DNA of 64,000 bases from Spirochaetia bacterium. Its GTDB lineage: Bacteria > Spirochaetota > Spirochaetia > CADAEX01. Positions 20,116 through 30,831 of the stretch are shown here, one piece after another; the first letter of the stretch is position 1, and each line of letters starts with the position of its first letter. The notes beneath the pieces are model-generated. The model did not search any database. It was not told where the DNA came from and worked only from the letters and a program-made list of their open reading frames with translations. The position numbers were made by a program, and so were the translations under genes. The stretch covers positions 3,808,001-3,872,000 of the forward strand of contig OY759746.1 in assembly GCA_963662795.1 (NCBI GenBank), read 5' to 3'.

Positions 20116-23025
20116 CTATGCACACTCATCAACAGTGACATGGATAACAGTATGCGACATGATATCAAAAATAGAGCCGGGATCTATATATTTTTCATCG
20201 GTAAGGCACTCGTACAAGGATCTTTCGGAATAACTGTTCTCGATAGATCTTCTTATTTCCTTTTTATAAATATTATCCAGAAAATCAATATCATCGACAT
20301 GCGTCGAAATAATGCTTCGTATCGAATCATCCTGAATTTTCTCTTCACATACATCCTTAATCACAAGTGCTTCATCATCAGATATTTTATATTTTTCACG
20401 GATACCATCAATAACTTCTTTAACTGTTACTTTTTGCGGCTTTCTGTTTCCTTCGCCTGAACAGCCATTTTTTTTCTTTTGTTTCCCTTCAAGTCTCTTC
20501 TCGCCAATATAAGAAACAGCAGCCTTGATTACATAAATTCCCTTCATTATTTTCTTCAGCTCAGATTCTGACCCCGCTTTCAGCATCTGTGGTACCATAA
20601 ACTCGGCAAAAATACCAAAAATCAAAAGATCTTTCTTAATCTCAAAAAAATTGCTCATAAAAATGCAGTCGGAACTGTATTTAGCCAAAATCCCGATATA
20701 TTCTTTTTGCCGCTCACTATCCTGTATTTTACTTTTGAAAAGTTTTCTTAGGTTATTTGCATGAGCCTGTAAGGCGGCATCTGAGCCAGCCTGGATTATT
20801 TCAACTGCTTTTTTTGCTGTAGCCAGGCTGTAAACATTCCAGGAAAGTATTTCATCATATAGCTTCTCAAGCTTTCTTAAATCCGGTTCAATGGGTTCAA
20901 AAGGCGTTCCTTCACGGTATTTTTTAAAAGCCTTGATTATCTCATCCGCATTATTTGTGAAATCCACAACTACAACCCGATCTTTATTCTCATGACAACG
21001 ATTTAAACGTGATACTGTCTGAACAGCATTCCGGCCGCCGACAGGTTTATCAAGAAACATTCCAGCCAAAAGCGGCTGGTCAAAACCTGTCTGGAATTTA
21101 TTGGCAACAATGAGAAGGCGATATTTATCTGTATCAAATAAATCTTCTATAAGCTCACCACTTCTCATTCCGTTTATTTGCTGTTCTGTAATTTCTTTCC
21201 CAGTCTCCGGATTTGTAAAATCTGAAAATGCATATAGGACATCATACTGATAACTATTCGAATCTGCTTTTCTTTTTTCCCTTAATTTTTCCCTGAAAAC
21301 CTTATAATACTCAAGACCTGCTATCCGCGAAGCTGTAACAATCATTGCCTTTGCCTTACCGCCTATCAGGTAAGAAATATTTTCTTCGAATATTCTCAAG
21401 ATAAGTTCTGCTTTGTACTGGATCAGTCCCTTATCCTGATAAGCTATGTTTTTCAGCATTTTACTGATAATTCCGGGAGGAAAGGTCTTGTCATCCTTGA
21501 AAGGAATAATCCGGCTCTCAAGATTATACAGCGTCTCATATGAAATAATGCTTGAAGCGACATCAATAATATAACCTTCCTGAATCGCTTCTGATTCTGA
21601 ATATACATCAAAGGGCGCTCCAAACAACTGGACTGTCGATTGACCTGGAGTTGCAGTAAACGCGACTGTCATTAAATTGGGAAATTCTGCTTTCTTGAGT
21701 TCTTCGTTTATTGCCTCTTCCTCATCAAATGCCTCCTCAACGACAACCGGATCATCTTTTTTGAATAAGTTGCGAATATTTGTGCCTGATTTGCCTTCCT
21801 GAGACCTGTGCGCCTCATCGATCAGTAAAGCAATGTTCAAGGATTTCAAATAAGGATCATTTTTCAGTTTATCAATAATCCAGTTTATTTTCTGTTGGGT
21901 TGTAACAATGATTTGTTCCCGGTTTTTAATGTATCTGGGTAAATCGTCTGCTTTTCTGGCAAATTTCATTTTGTAACTTAAATGCGTGAAATTACCCAGT
22001 TCATCACGGACATTTTTATCCAGTACTTTCCTGTCTGTAAGGATAAATACAATATCTATAATTTTTGTACTTGTTCCCGGAACATAAAGACTGTTCAATC
22101 TGTCTGCCAGCCAGGATATTGTCAGGGTTTTACCTGAACCTGCAGAATGATTTACTAAATATCTCTTGCCGCAATTCTTATTCTCGACAAAAAATCTGCT
22201 CAGGTCACCTGTTAAAGCTGTGACTACACGAGATTGATGATAGCGAGGGAAAATGGTAAAAGCCGTTTTTTCCTGAGTATCTTCAGATGCGGGAGTTTTA
22301 GGCACATATATTAAAAAAAAGCTAAGCATTTCCAGTATGGATTCCCTGCCCAGCACATAACGGTATAAATATTCCACAGGATACTCATTCGGGTTTTGCG
22401 GTTGATTGACAAGACCGGTATTATACCAGCGGAAATTTTCTTCACGGGATGGGTTTGTGGCAGCTTTTACTTCGCTGGTGTCGGAAGCAATATAGAGAAA
22501 TGGGAGCTGAAATATTTTATCTTCATGATTCCGGCCTGCAAACTGGGTAACCGCATCATGTACATTTTGATTTCGCTCATGTTTCAATTCAATAACTATT
22601 ATGGGTAACCCATTCAGGAAAAGAACAATATCAGGACGTTTTTCTTCACCTATTTCCATCTGTGGAATAAATGCAATTATATTATTTTCAGGATTTTCTG
22701 ATGATTCCTGCGATCTTGGTATGCGGTCAAACAGTTTAAAGTGAACTCCCCTGACAGTTATCCCGTTGCGAAAAATTATCCAGAGGGGTTTATGGTTTGT
22801 TTCATCTTTTATAGCCCTGATAATTTCATCGTCAGTATCGGTCCCGTAATTCTTTTCAAGCTCATAATATCTGTAAAGCTGTGTTTTTCTGAGATAAGAG
22901 ATCAGATCATTTTCGGCCAGATACCATTCTTTATCTGTCAAACTGGAATTTCCATACTTTTTATATCCATGAATACTGGATAATGCGTTCTCAAAGTGTT
23001 TTTGAAAATCCAGTTCTGTTCCCAT
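20116..23025 (-). CDS. hsdR: Type I restriction endonuclease subunit R
   Basis: RPDIVLFLNGLP..IELK nuclease motif, HSAGSGKT, IDEAH, AFTATP, KFQTGFDQP, QTVSRLNR. Confidence 0.94.
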   Translation of the reverse strand: MGTELDFQKHFENALSSIHGYKKYGNSSLTDKEWYLAENDLISYLRKTQLYRYYELEKNYGTDTDDEIIRAIKDETNHKPLWIIFRNGITVRGVHFKLFDRIPRSQESSENPENNIIAFIPQMEIGEEKRPDIVLFLNGLPIIVIELKHERNQNVHDAVTQFAGRNHEDKIFQLPFLYIASDTSEVKAATNPSREENFRWYNTGLVNQPQNPNEYPVEYLYRYVLGRESILEMLSFFLIYVPKTPASEDTQEKTAFTIFPRYHQSRVVTALTGDLSRFFVENKNCGKRYLVNHSAGSGKTLTISWLADRLNSLYVPGTSTKIIDIVFILTDRKVLDKNVRDELGNFTHLSYKMKFARKADDLPRYIKNREQIIVTTQQKINWIIDKLKNDPYLKSLNIALLIDEAHRSQEGKSGTNIRNLFKKDDPVVVEEAFDEEEAINEELKKAEFPNLMTVAFTATPGQSTVQLFGAPFDVYSESEAIQEGYIIDVASSIISYETLYNLESRIIPFKDDKTFPPGIISKMLKNIAYQDKGLIQYKAELILRIFEENISYLIGGKAKAMIVTASRIAGLEYYKVFREKLREKRKADSNSYQYDVLYAFSDFTNPETGKEITEQQINGMRSGELIEDLFDTDKYRLLIVANKFQTGFDQPLLAGMFLDKPVGGRNAVQTVSRLNRCHENKDRVVVVDFTNNADEIIKAFKKYREGTPFEPIEPDLRKLEKLYDEILSWNVYSLATAKKAVEIIQAGSDAALQAHANNLRKLFKSKIQDSERQKEYIGILAKYSSDCIFMSNFFEIKKDLLIFGIFAEFMVPQMLKAGSESELKKIMKGIYVIKAAVSYIGEKRLEGKQKKKNGCSGEGNRKPQKVTVKEVIDGIREKYKISDDEALVIKDVCEEKIQDDSIRSIISTHVDDIDFLDNIYKKEIRRSIENSYSERSLYECLTDEKYIDPGSIFDIMSHTVIHVTVDECA

Positions 23026-23468
23026 TATACTTCCCTGCTGATTGCTTCAAATATTTTCAGCTTTAATTCTTCATCATCCATATTATCGTCTATTACGGCC
23101 TGAATAATATCACGCAGCAGTTGCTTTTCAATTTTACCTGCTGCCAGATGATAACTGATATTCTCCATTTCCCGGATAAAACGGGAAACAACAAAAATAT
23201 ACCCGTTTAGAAGTAAAAACTGTGCACCTAACGATATTGCTATCCGTTTATTGCCGTCTTCAAAACAATGAAACTTGTTTGCACAGAAAAAAAGATGGGT
23301 TAATTTGTCTGTGAAATCAGGATAATAAAGATCATTCTGAATATGAGTCAAGACACTTTCGAGCCGGCCCATATCCAGAACTCCATCAGAACCGCCGCCG
23401 CTGACCTCAATTGTCCTGTGATATACTTCGAGAGCATTTTCGATGGTGATATAAACAGTCCGGCTCAA
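23025..23468 (-). CDS. Death-on-curing (Doc)-type Fic domain protein
   Basis: GGGSDGVLDMGRLES, HCFEDGNKR motif, 147 aa. Confidence 0.88.
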   Translation of the reverse strand: MSRTVYITIENALEVYHRTIEVSGGGSDGVLDMGRLESVLTHIQNDLYYPDFTDKLTHLFFCANKFHCFEDGNKRIAISLGAQFLLLNGYIFVVSRFIREMENISYHLAAGKIEKQLLRDIIQAVIDDNMDDEELKLKIFEAISREV

Positions 23469-24490
23469 TCTCGCTCCTTCAGACGTTTAAACACATCCTT
23501 GGCTTCTTCCAGACGCTCAGCCAGTTCCCTGCTTTTCTGCCCGATGAAGCGTTCGAATTCATCAGCCTGCACCGGTGAAATATAATCTTTAAGCTGCAAA
23601 TGCAAAGCATCCCGGAAAGCCAAATCACGGCTTGCCATTTTGGTGCGGGCACGTTCCACAAGGGGTTTCCAATGAGGCTGTTTTTCAAATTCGGAGAATA
23701 AGGCATCAACTTCAAAGCCTGTAAGCATGGAACCTTTCTTCCTATATGCTTCTTCCAGGGTTTTGGCAAAACCGTATTCATAGGAGGCTACCAGATCCAG
23801 TATTTCCGAATAAAACGTATCCCGAACCTTATCTTTCTCATGCAGCTTTAATATCTTTCGGTATTCCCGGGAATTCTCCCTGAAAATGCTTACATATATC
23901 TTATCTGTATAAAGCGGATATTTGAATTTTCCCATATCGAGACAGTTTTGCAGGGCATCGGTAAATTCTTTTCTATAGTTCTCTTCCTGAAAATAGGAGA
24001 TGATGAAGTCTTCGTCGCGCTGGTTTATATATTTGGTTGAGCCGCCGGTTTTCCTGTTTATGGTGTCAATTACAATATCCAGAATCATCTGTCGGAGGAT
24101 TTTAGCTTTCCCGCTTTCTGTAATGAGCATTCCCAGGTTTAAAAAGGAGCGGAAGTCAAAAACAGCAAGGCTGGGAGCCTTCTTGATGTCCCCGAAATAC
24201 ATTTCGGGGACATCTGCCTCCGATATGGCTAATTTCAGTTCCTGCAAGGCTTTACCCCGCAGTACCTCGTAACCGTTTTGCTTTAGTTCCTTTTCATTTT
24301 TTGATAGATAAAGCTCAATAGTACGAAGACTTACCTCAAAGAAATCAGCAGCCTGTTCTTTTGTCAGAACAGCTTTCCCTTTATAGCTTATGGTATGGAT
24401 CCCGACATTTTTCTGAATTTCTTCCAGAGCATAGGGATTGTTGAGGATATTCTGCCGTTCTACTCCTGATACAGTGAGGTCTTTTGCCAT
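23465..24490 (-). CDS. Putative DNA-binding protein (ORF6N/RhuM-like N-terminal HTH)
   Basis: LTKEQAADFFEVSLRTIELYL..GYEVL..FLNLGMLITESGKAKILR; exact family uncertain. Confidence 0.6.
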   Translation of the reverse strand: MAKDLTVSGVERQNILNNPYALEEIQKNVGIHTISYKGKAVLTKEQAADFFEVSLRTIELYLSKNEKELKQNGYEVLRGKALQELKLAISEADVPEMYFGDIKKAPSLAVFDFRSFLNLGMLITESGKAKILRQMILDIVIDTINRKTGGSTKYINQRDEDFIISYFQEENYRKEFTDALQNCLDMGKFKYPLYTDKIYVSIFRENSREYRKILKLHEKDKVRDTFYSEILDLVASYEYGFAKTLEEAYRKKGSMLTGFEVDALFSEFEKQPHWKPLVERARTKMASRDLAFRDALHLQLKDYISPVQADEFERFIGQKSRELAERLEEAKDVFKRLKERD

Positions 24491-25836
24491 TATACAGCCT
24501 CCGGTATATCAGTTTCGGTTATCCGCCTTTTTCCGGTAACGCATTCATGGATCAGGGATTTTTTGTAACCTTCCAGTTTTTCTATCTGGAGGGTGATTTT
24601 TTCTTCACTACTAAATATTGTTTTTATTTTCAAACTTAGAAATGAGGAAATCTCTTTTTGAATTTTTAGTGGAGGGAGCGCAATATGTAGATAACCAAAT
24701 TTTTCTTGATCCATAATTGGTAATGTTGTATATTGAGCAATTCTTGGTATTTCCTCTTTCATGTGCAATAAAAAATAATAAATATATTCAGTGCAAACAG
24801 AATTCATTAGTTCCAATCCTATAATTTGTTGATTACATGAACTGTCTACATCAATAATACCCACTTTCCCTATTGTTGCACCTATTCCAACCCAGAATAT
24901 GGACTCCTTTTTGAAGATTCTTAATTTGTTTTCATAATAAGCAGATTCGTTTATTAATTTTTGGGGGATTTCTAAAATCATATTTTTATCATAACATGCG
25001 GGTGCATACCATGGGATTGTGCCATCAATATAAAAATCCGTTCGTTCCGTTGGTGGGGTTGTCCCAGTCTGGACTCTATAAGCTGTTCGCTTTAATCGTT
25101 TAACTTCCCATGTATTAGGAAATTCTCCTATCCACCCAATTCCAGAATCTTTCATCTCTACCGAATCATCCAGCCCTTTTGTCACAGCTTTGTAGATGAT
25201 GGATTTCTTAAGCTCTTCCAGTTTTTTCAGCTGTTCCTTTTTTACAGAAATCGCTTTGTTAATTATAGCGGTGGTTTTATCCAAGTAAGCGGAAATCATT
25301 TTTTGTTCAGGGAGGGGAGGTAGAAATATTTTTGTATGCTTGATAAATCTGGATGAAATCCTTTTTTGACCAGCTGCACCAGTCATGTTGACTTCTGCAT
25401 ATTTTCTAAAAATCGGATTCCAGGTATAATAATAAAGAAAAGTAGCTATTATTTTACTTGTCGGTCTATATACGTGAAACTCTGTACTGCCAAAAGCGTA
25501 TTTTGTTGGCAAAGATTCTATAAATGCGCCTTTCCCATTTTCCATACACGGTGTAATTTTAGCTATTATGACATCCCCGTTTTCAATCAGATTAAGACCG
25601 GAAGAAATGTCTATAAATGGTTGTAATAGTTCCGTATCGTATGTTCCATCATCATTTACTTTTTCCATAGGCAATAGGGTGCATTCATCAAAATCTGAGG
25701 GCTTATTAGAGCTAAATGAAGGACCTAAGTACGCGACATCTTTTAGTCGCCAATATTTCCAGTTACCTGGAGTATCACCAATCCAGATCAGTGAATCTTT
25801 TCTAAGTAATTCTGGTACATTTACTGTCTGCATCAC
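24490..25836 (-). CDS. hsdS: Type I R-M specificity subunit S
   Basis: Two TRDs with conserved spacers (WIGDTPGNW / MKDSGIGWIGEFPNTW, LPPLPEQ, KKSLIHECVTGK). Confidence 0.94.
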   Translation of the reverse strand: MMQTVNVPELLRKDSLIWIGDTPGNWKYWRLKDVAYLGPSFSSNKPSDFDECTLLPMEKVNDDGTYDTELLQPFIDISSGLNLIENGDVIIAKITPCMENGKGAFIESLPTKYAFGSTEFHVYRPTSKIIATFLYYYTWNPIFRKYAEVNMTGAAGQKRISSRFIKHTKIFLPPLPEQKMISAYLDKTTAIINKAISVKKEQLKKLEELKKSIIYKAVTKGLDDSVEMKDSGIGWIGEFPNTWEVKRLKRTAYRVQTGTTPPTERTDFYIDGTIPWYAPACYDKNMILEIPQKLINESAYYENKLRIFKKESIFWVGIGATIGKVGIIDVDSSCNQQIIGLELMNSVCTEYIYYFLLHMKEEIPRIAQYTTLPIMDQEKFGYLHIALPPLKIQKEISSFLSLKIKTIFSSEEKITLQIEKLEGYKKSLIHECVTGKRRITETDIPEAV

Positions 25837-27854
25837 TTCAGTCCCTTCAGAATCTCTTCTGCTTCTTTTTCCAGTCTCCAGAATTCGTTAAGTATTTCAT
25901 CCGCCGGTTTGGGCGGCTTGTATTTATAGAAATACTTGTTGGGCAGTATTTCATACCCCACCTGCGGGCGGTCTTCCCATTTTATAATGGGTTTGGCAAT
26001 CTCCCTTTCCAGAAAAGCTTCTATGTCTTCGCCATAGGGGATGTACTCATCATCCTGAATATAATGCCTGTGAGTGTATTTTGCCGAAAGATCCCAGTTT
26101 TTTATCACTGTCATGATTTTTGCCGCTGTTTTTTGCTCTTCCAGTACCGGAAAATCAACCTTTGCCAAATCTGATAACTGGGCTTCAAATGATTTTGAAT
26201 CAGCATTAATTTGTAAAGGATATTCCTTCTTTTCTCCTTCGGGAGAAATAAGATTAACCACAAAATCCAGATCTCCGTAGAGTTCAAATTTCTTTTTTAC
26301 ATTAGAGTTGGATAGCTGAACGTCAAAATCTTCTGTTATCATCATGGGCCGGTCATTTTCATCGGTCTGCCAGAATGTTACGGCAACCTTATGATAGGCA
26401 AAATCAGTGGTTTTGAATATTTTGACATTTTCATTATCATATCCGTCATCCCATCCATGATTGTACTGTTTTTCAATCCATGCCCTGTGATCATCTGTAA
26501 TACGGTTCCGCTTATATCCAAAAGATTTCGGTTCTTTCTCGAATTGATTTCGCGCGTCAATAATCATGACTTTTTCTTTATGCTCTTTGGGCTTATTGTT
26601 GGAAAGCAGCCAGATATAAGTAAATATTCCTGTATTGTAAAACATCTGATCAGGAAGCATAACGATGGCGTCCAGCCAGTCATTTTCCAGAATCCAGCGT
26701 CGTATTTCGCTTTCTCCGGATCCGCAATCCCCATTGCTTAAGGGGGAACCGTTAAAAATGATAGCTACTTTACTCCCGCCCCCGGTTGCCGGTTTCATTT
26801 TGGAAATAATAGTCTGTAAGAATAACAGGGCTCCGTCATTTGTCCGTGGCATTCCGGCTTTATATCGAGTCTTTTCCAGTTTCTTCGCTTCTTTCTCATA
26901 GCCGTCTTCTCCTCCCCAGGTTACGCCGAAAGGGGGATTTGACAGCATATAGTCAAACCTGTCAGAAACACCTGCAAGCTGATCTCCGGGGTCATCACTT
27001 TCAGGATCATGAGGAATCAGCGAGTTTCCGTAATAGATATAGGCGTTGGTATCATTTTTTATAAGCATATCTGCTTTGCAGATCGCATAATTCTGAGGCT
27101 GAATTTCATGCCCGTGAAGGGTGATCAAAGTTTCTGTTCTTGATTTAAGGTTTTCATCCTTAATCCTTTCCAGAACATGAGCCTTGGCAACGGAAAGCAT
27201 CCCGCCTGTTCCGCAGGCTGGATCATAAATGGAAACATGTTTATCTTTTACAGTAATATCAAGGAGTTCAACCATTAACCGTATAACTTCCCTGGGAGTA
27301 AAATGTTCTCCTGCTTCTTCGCCGCTTTGTTCAGAAAAACGACGGAGCAATTCTTCGTAGATATATCCCATTTCAATATTACTGATTCTGTCAGGGCTTA
27401 AATCCTCATTTCTGTATTGATTAATGAGAGGGGCAAGCCGCCCATTCTTTTTCATTTGCCCGATAACGGCCCGATAGTTAAAATGATCGATGATCTCCTG
27501 AATGTTTTCCGAGAATCCATTAATGTAATCCCGGAAGTTTTTCTCCATGATTGTGTGGTCTTCCTGGTATATTGAATCGAGAGTCCAGTTTGTTGAATTG
27601 GAAAAATGATATGTGGACAATTCCATTTTTTTGACCATTTCTTCCAGATTATTAGCTGCAATATCCGGCCTCTTGGACTGTATTTCATTTTTCGTCGCTT
27701 CACGCATTTCAATAAGGACACATTCAATACGCCTTATAACAATTATAGGAAGAATAACACTTTGGTATTCATAGGCTTTAAATTTCCCCCGGAGTCGTTC
27801 TGCTGATTTCCAGATTTCATTTGCAAAATTGTTCAGTGTTTCTTTTGTTGCCAT
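25833..27854 (-). CDS. hsdM: Type I R-M methyltransferase subunit M
   Basis: GEHFTPREVI, YDPACGTGGML, SNPPF, LPDQMFYNTGIFTYIW. Confidence 0.95.
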   Translation of the reverse strand: MATKETLNNFANEIWKSAERLRGKFKAYEYQSVILPIIVIRRIECVLIEMREATKNEIQSKRPDIAANNLEEMVKKMELSTYHFSNSTNWTLDSIYQEDHTIMEKNFRDYINGFSENIQEIIDHFNYRAVIGQMKKNGRLAPLINQYRNEDLSPDRISNIEMGYIYEELLRRFSEQSGEEAGEHFTPREVIRLMVELLDITVKDKHVSIYDPACGTGGMLSVAKAHVLERIKDENLKSRTETLITLHGHEIQPQNYAICKADMLIKNDTNAYIYYGNSLIPHDPESDDPGDQLAGVSDRFDYMLSNPPFGVTWGGEDGYEKEAKKLEKTRYKAGMPRTNDGALLFLQTIISKMKPATGGGSKVAIIFNGSPLSNGDCGSGESEIRRWILENDWLDAIVMLPDQMFYNTGIFTYIWLLSNNKPKEHKEKVMIIDARNQFEKEPKSFGYKRNRITDDHRAWIEKQYNHGWDDGYDNENVKIFKTTDFAYHKVAVTFWQTDENDRPMMITEDFDVQLSNSNVKKKFELYGDLDFVVNLISPEGEKKEYPLQINADSKSFEAQLSDLAKVDFPVLEEQKTAAKIMTVIKNWDLSAKYTHRHYIQDDEYIPYGEDIEAFLEREIAKPIIKWEDRPQVGYEILPNKYFYKYKPPKPADEILNEFWRLEKEAEEILKGLK

Positions 27855-27960
27855 TTATTCCTCTTTCTTATTAGCCCTCCATGGATGGCGGGCTTCCTGG
27901 GGCGGGATAATTATATCATATTAATTTTTAATTTTAAAAACTTATTTCTACGTGTCTTAC

Positions 27961-28042
27961 ACATAACGTCCTGTGAATATGGGAAGCCGGCCGCAGGCCA
28001 ATTTAGGTGTAACTAAATGGAACCGCATATTCGCTGTTACAG
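27961..28042. other. Integron attC-like recombination site
   Basis: ACATAAC..GTGAATATGGG..CCGCATATTCGC.GTTACAG. TAAC/GTTA R boxes, paired inner arms with one bulged base, branched terminal loop. Confidence 0.55.
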
Positions 28043-28129
28043 GAAGTAAGCGCTAAGGAGTACAAAGTAGTGAGCCGTGACGGCTGAAGGTGATCGATTT
28101 TGCAAAAGATCGAGTTTTCTCGGCAAATT

Positions 28130-28534
28130 TTATTCAGCCGGCAGATTCTCATAATGGGGTACTTCTTCAAGATTATTATCCCAATTTGCTTTTTCGTTTA
28201 AATAAATATGGCCAGTTGGAATAGTCTCTATGTCAGTATCCAGACTTCCAGCAGGAACTACCAGTAGTTTTCCATTCATTTGAATATTTGGCAATGCAGA
28301 ACTGCAGTTAGGACAAAAACTTTTTATATGACCCGAATTATTATAGTTATAGGTTTTTACTTCCTTTTCTCCTTTTAGCCATTTTAATTTTGCAGTTGAT
28401 GAAAAAAGATTTGAAGCATGAGCAGAACCAGTATCTTTACGACAGGATTTGCAATGACAGAAAAAGAAGTTTTCAAAATTTCCAGTAATTTCATATTTAA
28501 TATTTCCGCAAAGACAAGAACCCAAATGTTTCAT
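28130..28534 (-). CDS. GFA (glutathione-dependent formaldehyde-activating)-like Zn protein
   Basis: GSCLCG..CHCKSCRK..FCPNCSS..HIY..KANW; ATG at 28534 follows GGAGG. Confidence 0.92.
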   Translation of the reverse strand: MKHLGSCLCGNIKYEITGNFENFFFCHCKSCRKDTGSAHASNLFSSTAKLKWLKGEKEVKTYNYNNSGHIKSFCPNCSSALPNIQMNGKLLVVPAGSLDTDIETIPTGHIYLNEKANWDNNLEEVPHYENLPAE

Positions 28535-28622
28535 TTTCCCTCCAATTTTTTTACTTTGCTGGCAATTACTATAGCGCTTATTGCCTTTAACTATTGTTAC
28601 GGGTAATAACAAAAGCAGGGGC

Positions 28623-29903
28623 TTAACGATTATTGACAATCCCTTCCGCGGCACGGATACCGCTTGCCCATGCGCCTGTTATACCGCGGCTTGTACCGGC
28701 ACCGTCGCCTATCAGGTAAATATTCTTTTTAGCCTGAAAATGGTTATCAAGGAATTCAGGTTTGTTGGCGTACATTTTTATTTCAGGATAATACATGATC
28801 GTGCTCGGATGGAGTATTCCAGGTGTTATCGTATCCAGGAGTTTCATGGAGGTCCAGATTGACTTCATGATTTTATACGGCATGATTAGTGAAATGTCCC
28901 CCGGCGTGCAGCCGCTTAATGTAGGGGCAAAATTGTATAAATCGCTGTTAAATGTATCCTTAACCGACCTTTTTCCCATACGGAAATCCCCTACCCGCTG
29001 CATGATGGGTTTACCTCCTCCGCAGAGGTTTGCCTGAAGCCCGAGGATTTCAGCGAATTTCTGTCCGCTCGCGACAGGTTTGGTAAGCTTAATTGTTTTA
29101 AGCAGGGCGAAATTGACAAGGTTATTTATTTTTTCAGGATTTGACCAGGCATGACCGTTTACAGAAAAGTATTCTACTCCGTCCTGTGAAGAATATTTCT
29201 CCTGCACAACATAAGCGGCGTTGCTGTTGGTGCAGAAAGTCCTTACCTTCTCCGGAAACATGAATTTGGGGTCATAATAGTCTTTTACTATCGGATACAG
29301 TTCCTCCCTGGTTTCAACCCTTATCCCTATATCCACAATATTATCATTATATAAAATTCCAAGCCGGTTCATTATATCCTGAAGGAATTTAAATCCTTTT
29401 CTGCCGGGAGCAACTATAAGGTCGCCGTACTCCATTTCCCGTTTTTTTGATACAAGAACTTTCCTGTCATAATCAATATCTGTCACTTCCTCGCCGAGAG
29501 AAAACTCAACTCCCCTCTTTTCAAGTTCCGCGATGAGCTGTTTTATCAGTATCAGTCCGCCGTCAGTACCAAGATGGGCCTGGCTTACCGTAAGAAGCCT
29601 TGCATGGAGCTTTAGAGCCCTTTTCTCGTATATGTCAAGGTTGTATTTATCCATGACAGGGGGCTTTAAAATTTTCATAACTTTTTGAAGATAGTATTCC
29701 GCGTTTTCCTGTTCCCAGTATTCAAGAGGGAAGCCGATTGGAAAAGTAAAATTCATCTTACAGTCGTTACGCAGCCCGCCTGTAGAAAAATTTTCCCTGT
29801 CTATTATGAGTATTTTACTGTCCGGTTTTAAATCTGTAAGAGTAAACGCTGCGCCAAGGCCGGCCGGCCCGCTGCCCACAATAATACAATCCCATCTGCC
29901 CAT
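28623..29903 (-). CDS. FAD-dependent oxidoreductase
   Basis: IVGSGPAG, HLGTD, VRTFCTN, VNGH, YYPEIK, GDGAGTSRGI. Confidence 0.85.
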   Translation of the reverse strand: MGRWDCIIVGSGPAGLGAAFTLTDLKPDSKILIIDRENFSTGGLRNDCKMNFTFPIGFPLEYWEQENAEYYLQKVMKILKPPVMDKYNLDIYEKRALKLHARLLTVSQAHLGTDGGLILIKQLIAELEKRGVEFSLGEEVTDIDYDRKVLVSKKREMEYGDLIVAPGRKGFKFLQDIMNRLGILYNDNIVDIGIRVETREELYPIVKDYYDPKFMFPEKVRTFCTNSNAAYVVQEKYSSQDGVEYFSVNGHAWSNPEKINNLVNFALLKTIKLTKPVASGQKFAEILGLQANLCGGGKPIMQRVGDFRMGKRSVKDTFNSDLYNFAPTLSGCTPGDISLIMPYKIMKSIWTSMKLLDTITPGILHPSTIMYYPEIKMYANKPEFLDNHFQAKKNIYLIGDGAGTSRGITGAWASGIRAAEGIVNNR

Positions 29904-29948
29904 AACATCTCCTGAAATCAAGCTGGTATCAAGACTACAATGTTATAA

Positions 29949-30797
29949 CTAATTCCGGAGAGAGTAAAGAAGCCTTATTTCCTCTTCCCATAGATCAGGA
30001 TCCGGTGTTTCAAGTATCAGAGGGATATTGTCGAACATACTCTGGTTCATAATATATCTGAAAGGTTCAATTCCGAGTGTCCCCTGTCCAAGCGGCGCGT
30101 GCCTGTCAACGTTTGACCCGAAATCCTTCTTTGAATCATTCAGGTGAAAAGCGCTTAAGAATTTAAGCCCAATTATCCGGTCAAACTCATTCATAACCTC
30201 GTCAAATTTATCCGGTGTCGAGAGATCATATCCTGCACTGTAGGCATGACATGTGTCGATGCAGACGCCTACCCGGTCTTTATTACTGAAGTTATCTATC
30301 AGTCTTTTAATGTGCTCAAATTTGTAGCCGACATTGGTTCCCTGGCCCGCTGTTATTTCTATTACCTGAGTTACACCGTAATCAGCTGTTTTGGAATATG
30401 CCGTGTTCATTGAATCCGATATCAGGTCAAGACATTCCTCTTCTGATATTTCCTTAAGATGGCTGCCTGGATGGAAGTTTACATATTTAAGACCAAGCTG
30501 TCCTGCACGTGTAATTTCGTCTGTAAATGCGGCTGCCGATTTTGCCCTTTTTTCAGGATCAGCATTTCCGAGATTAATAAGATAGCTGTCATGGGGAAGG
30601 ACATAAGCTGGGTCGATACCCGAATCTTTGAGATTTGTTTTAAAGAGTTCTATATCCTCATCTGTAAGCGGTTTTGCGTTCCACTGTTTCTGATTTTTGG
30701 TAAAAAGGGCAAAAGCCTTTGCCTTTATCTTCTGAGCTGACAAAGGGGCGTTATAAACGCCCCCTGCTGCGCTTACATGCGCGCCTACAAATTTCAT
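29949..30797 (-). CDS. nfo: Endonuclease IV
   Basis: [46 protein letters not shown]. Confidence 0.96.
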   Translation of the reverse strand: MKFVGAHVSAAGGVYNAPLSAQKIKAKAFALFTKNQKQWNAKPLTDEDIELFKTNLKDSGIDPAYVLPHDSYLINLGNADPEKRAKSAAAFTDEITRAGQLGLKYVNFHPGSHLKEISEEECLDLISDSMNTAYSKTADYGVTQVIEITAGQGTNVGYKFEHIKRLIDNFSNKDRVGVCIDTCHAYSAGYDLSTPDKFDEVMNEFDRIIGLKFLSAFHLNDSKKDFGSNVDRHAPLGQGTLGIEPFRYIMNQSMFDNIPLILETPDPDLWEEEIRLLYSLRN

Positions 30798-30831
30798 TCT
30801 TCCCCCGTTTGCACTTTAAAAAACCTATTGG

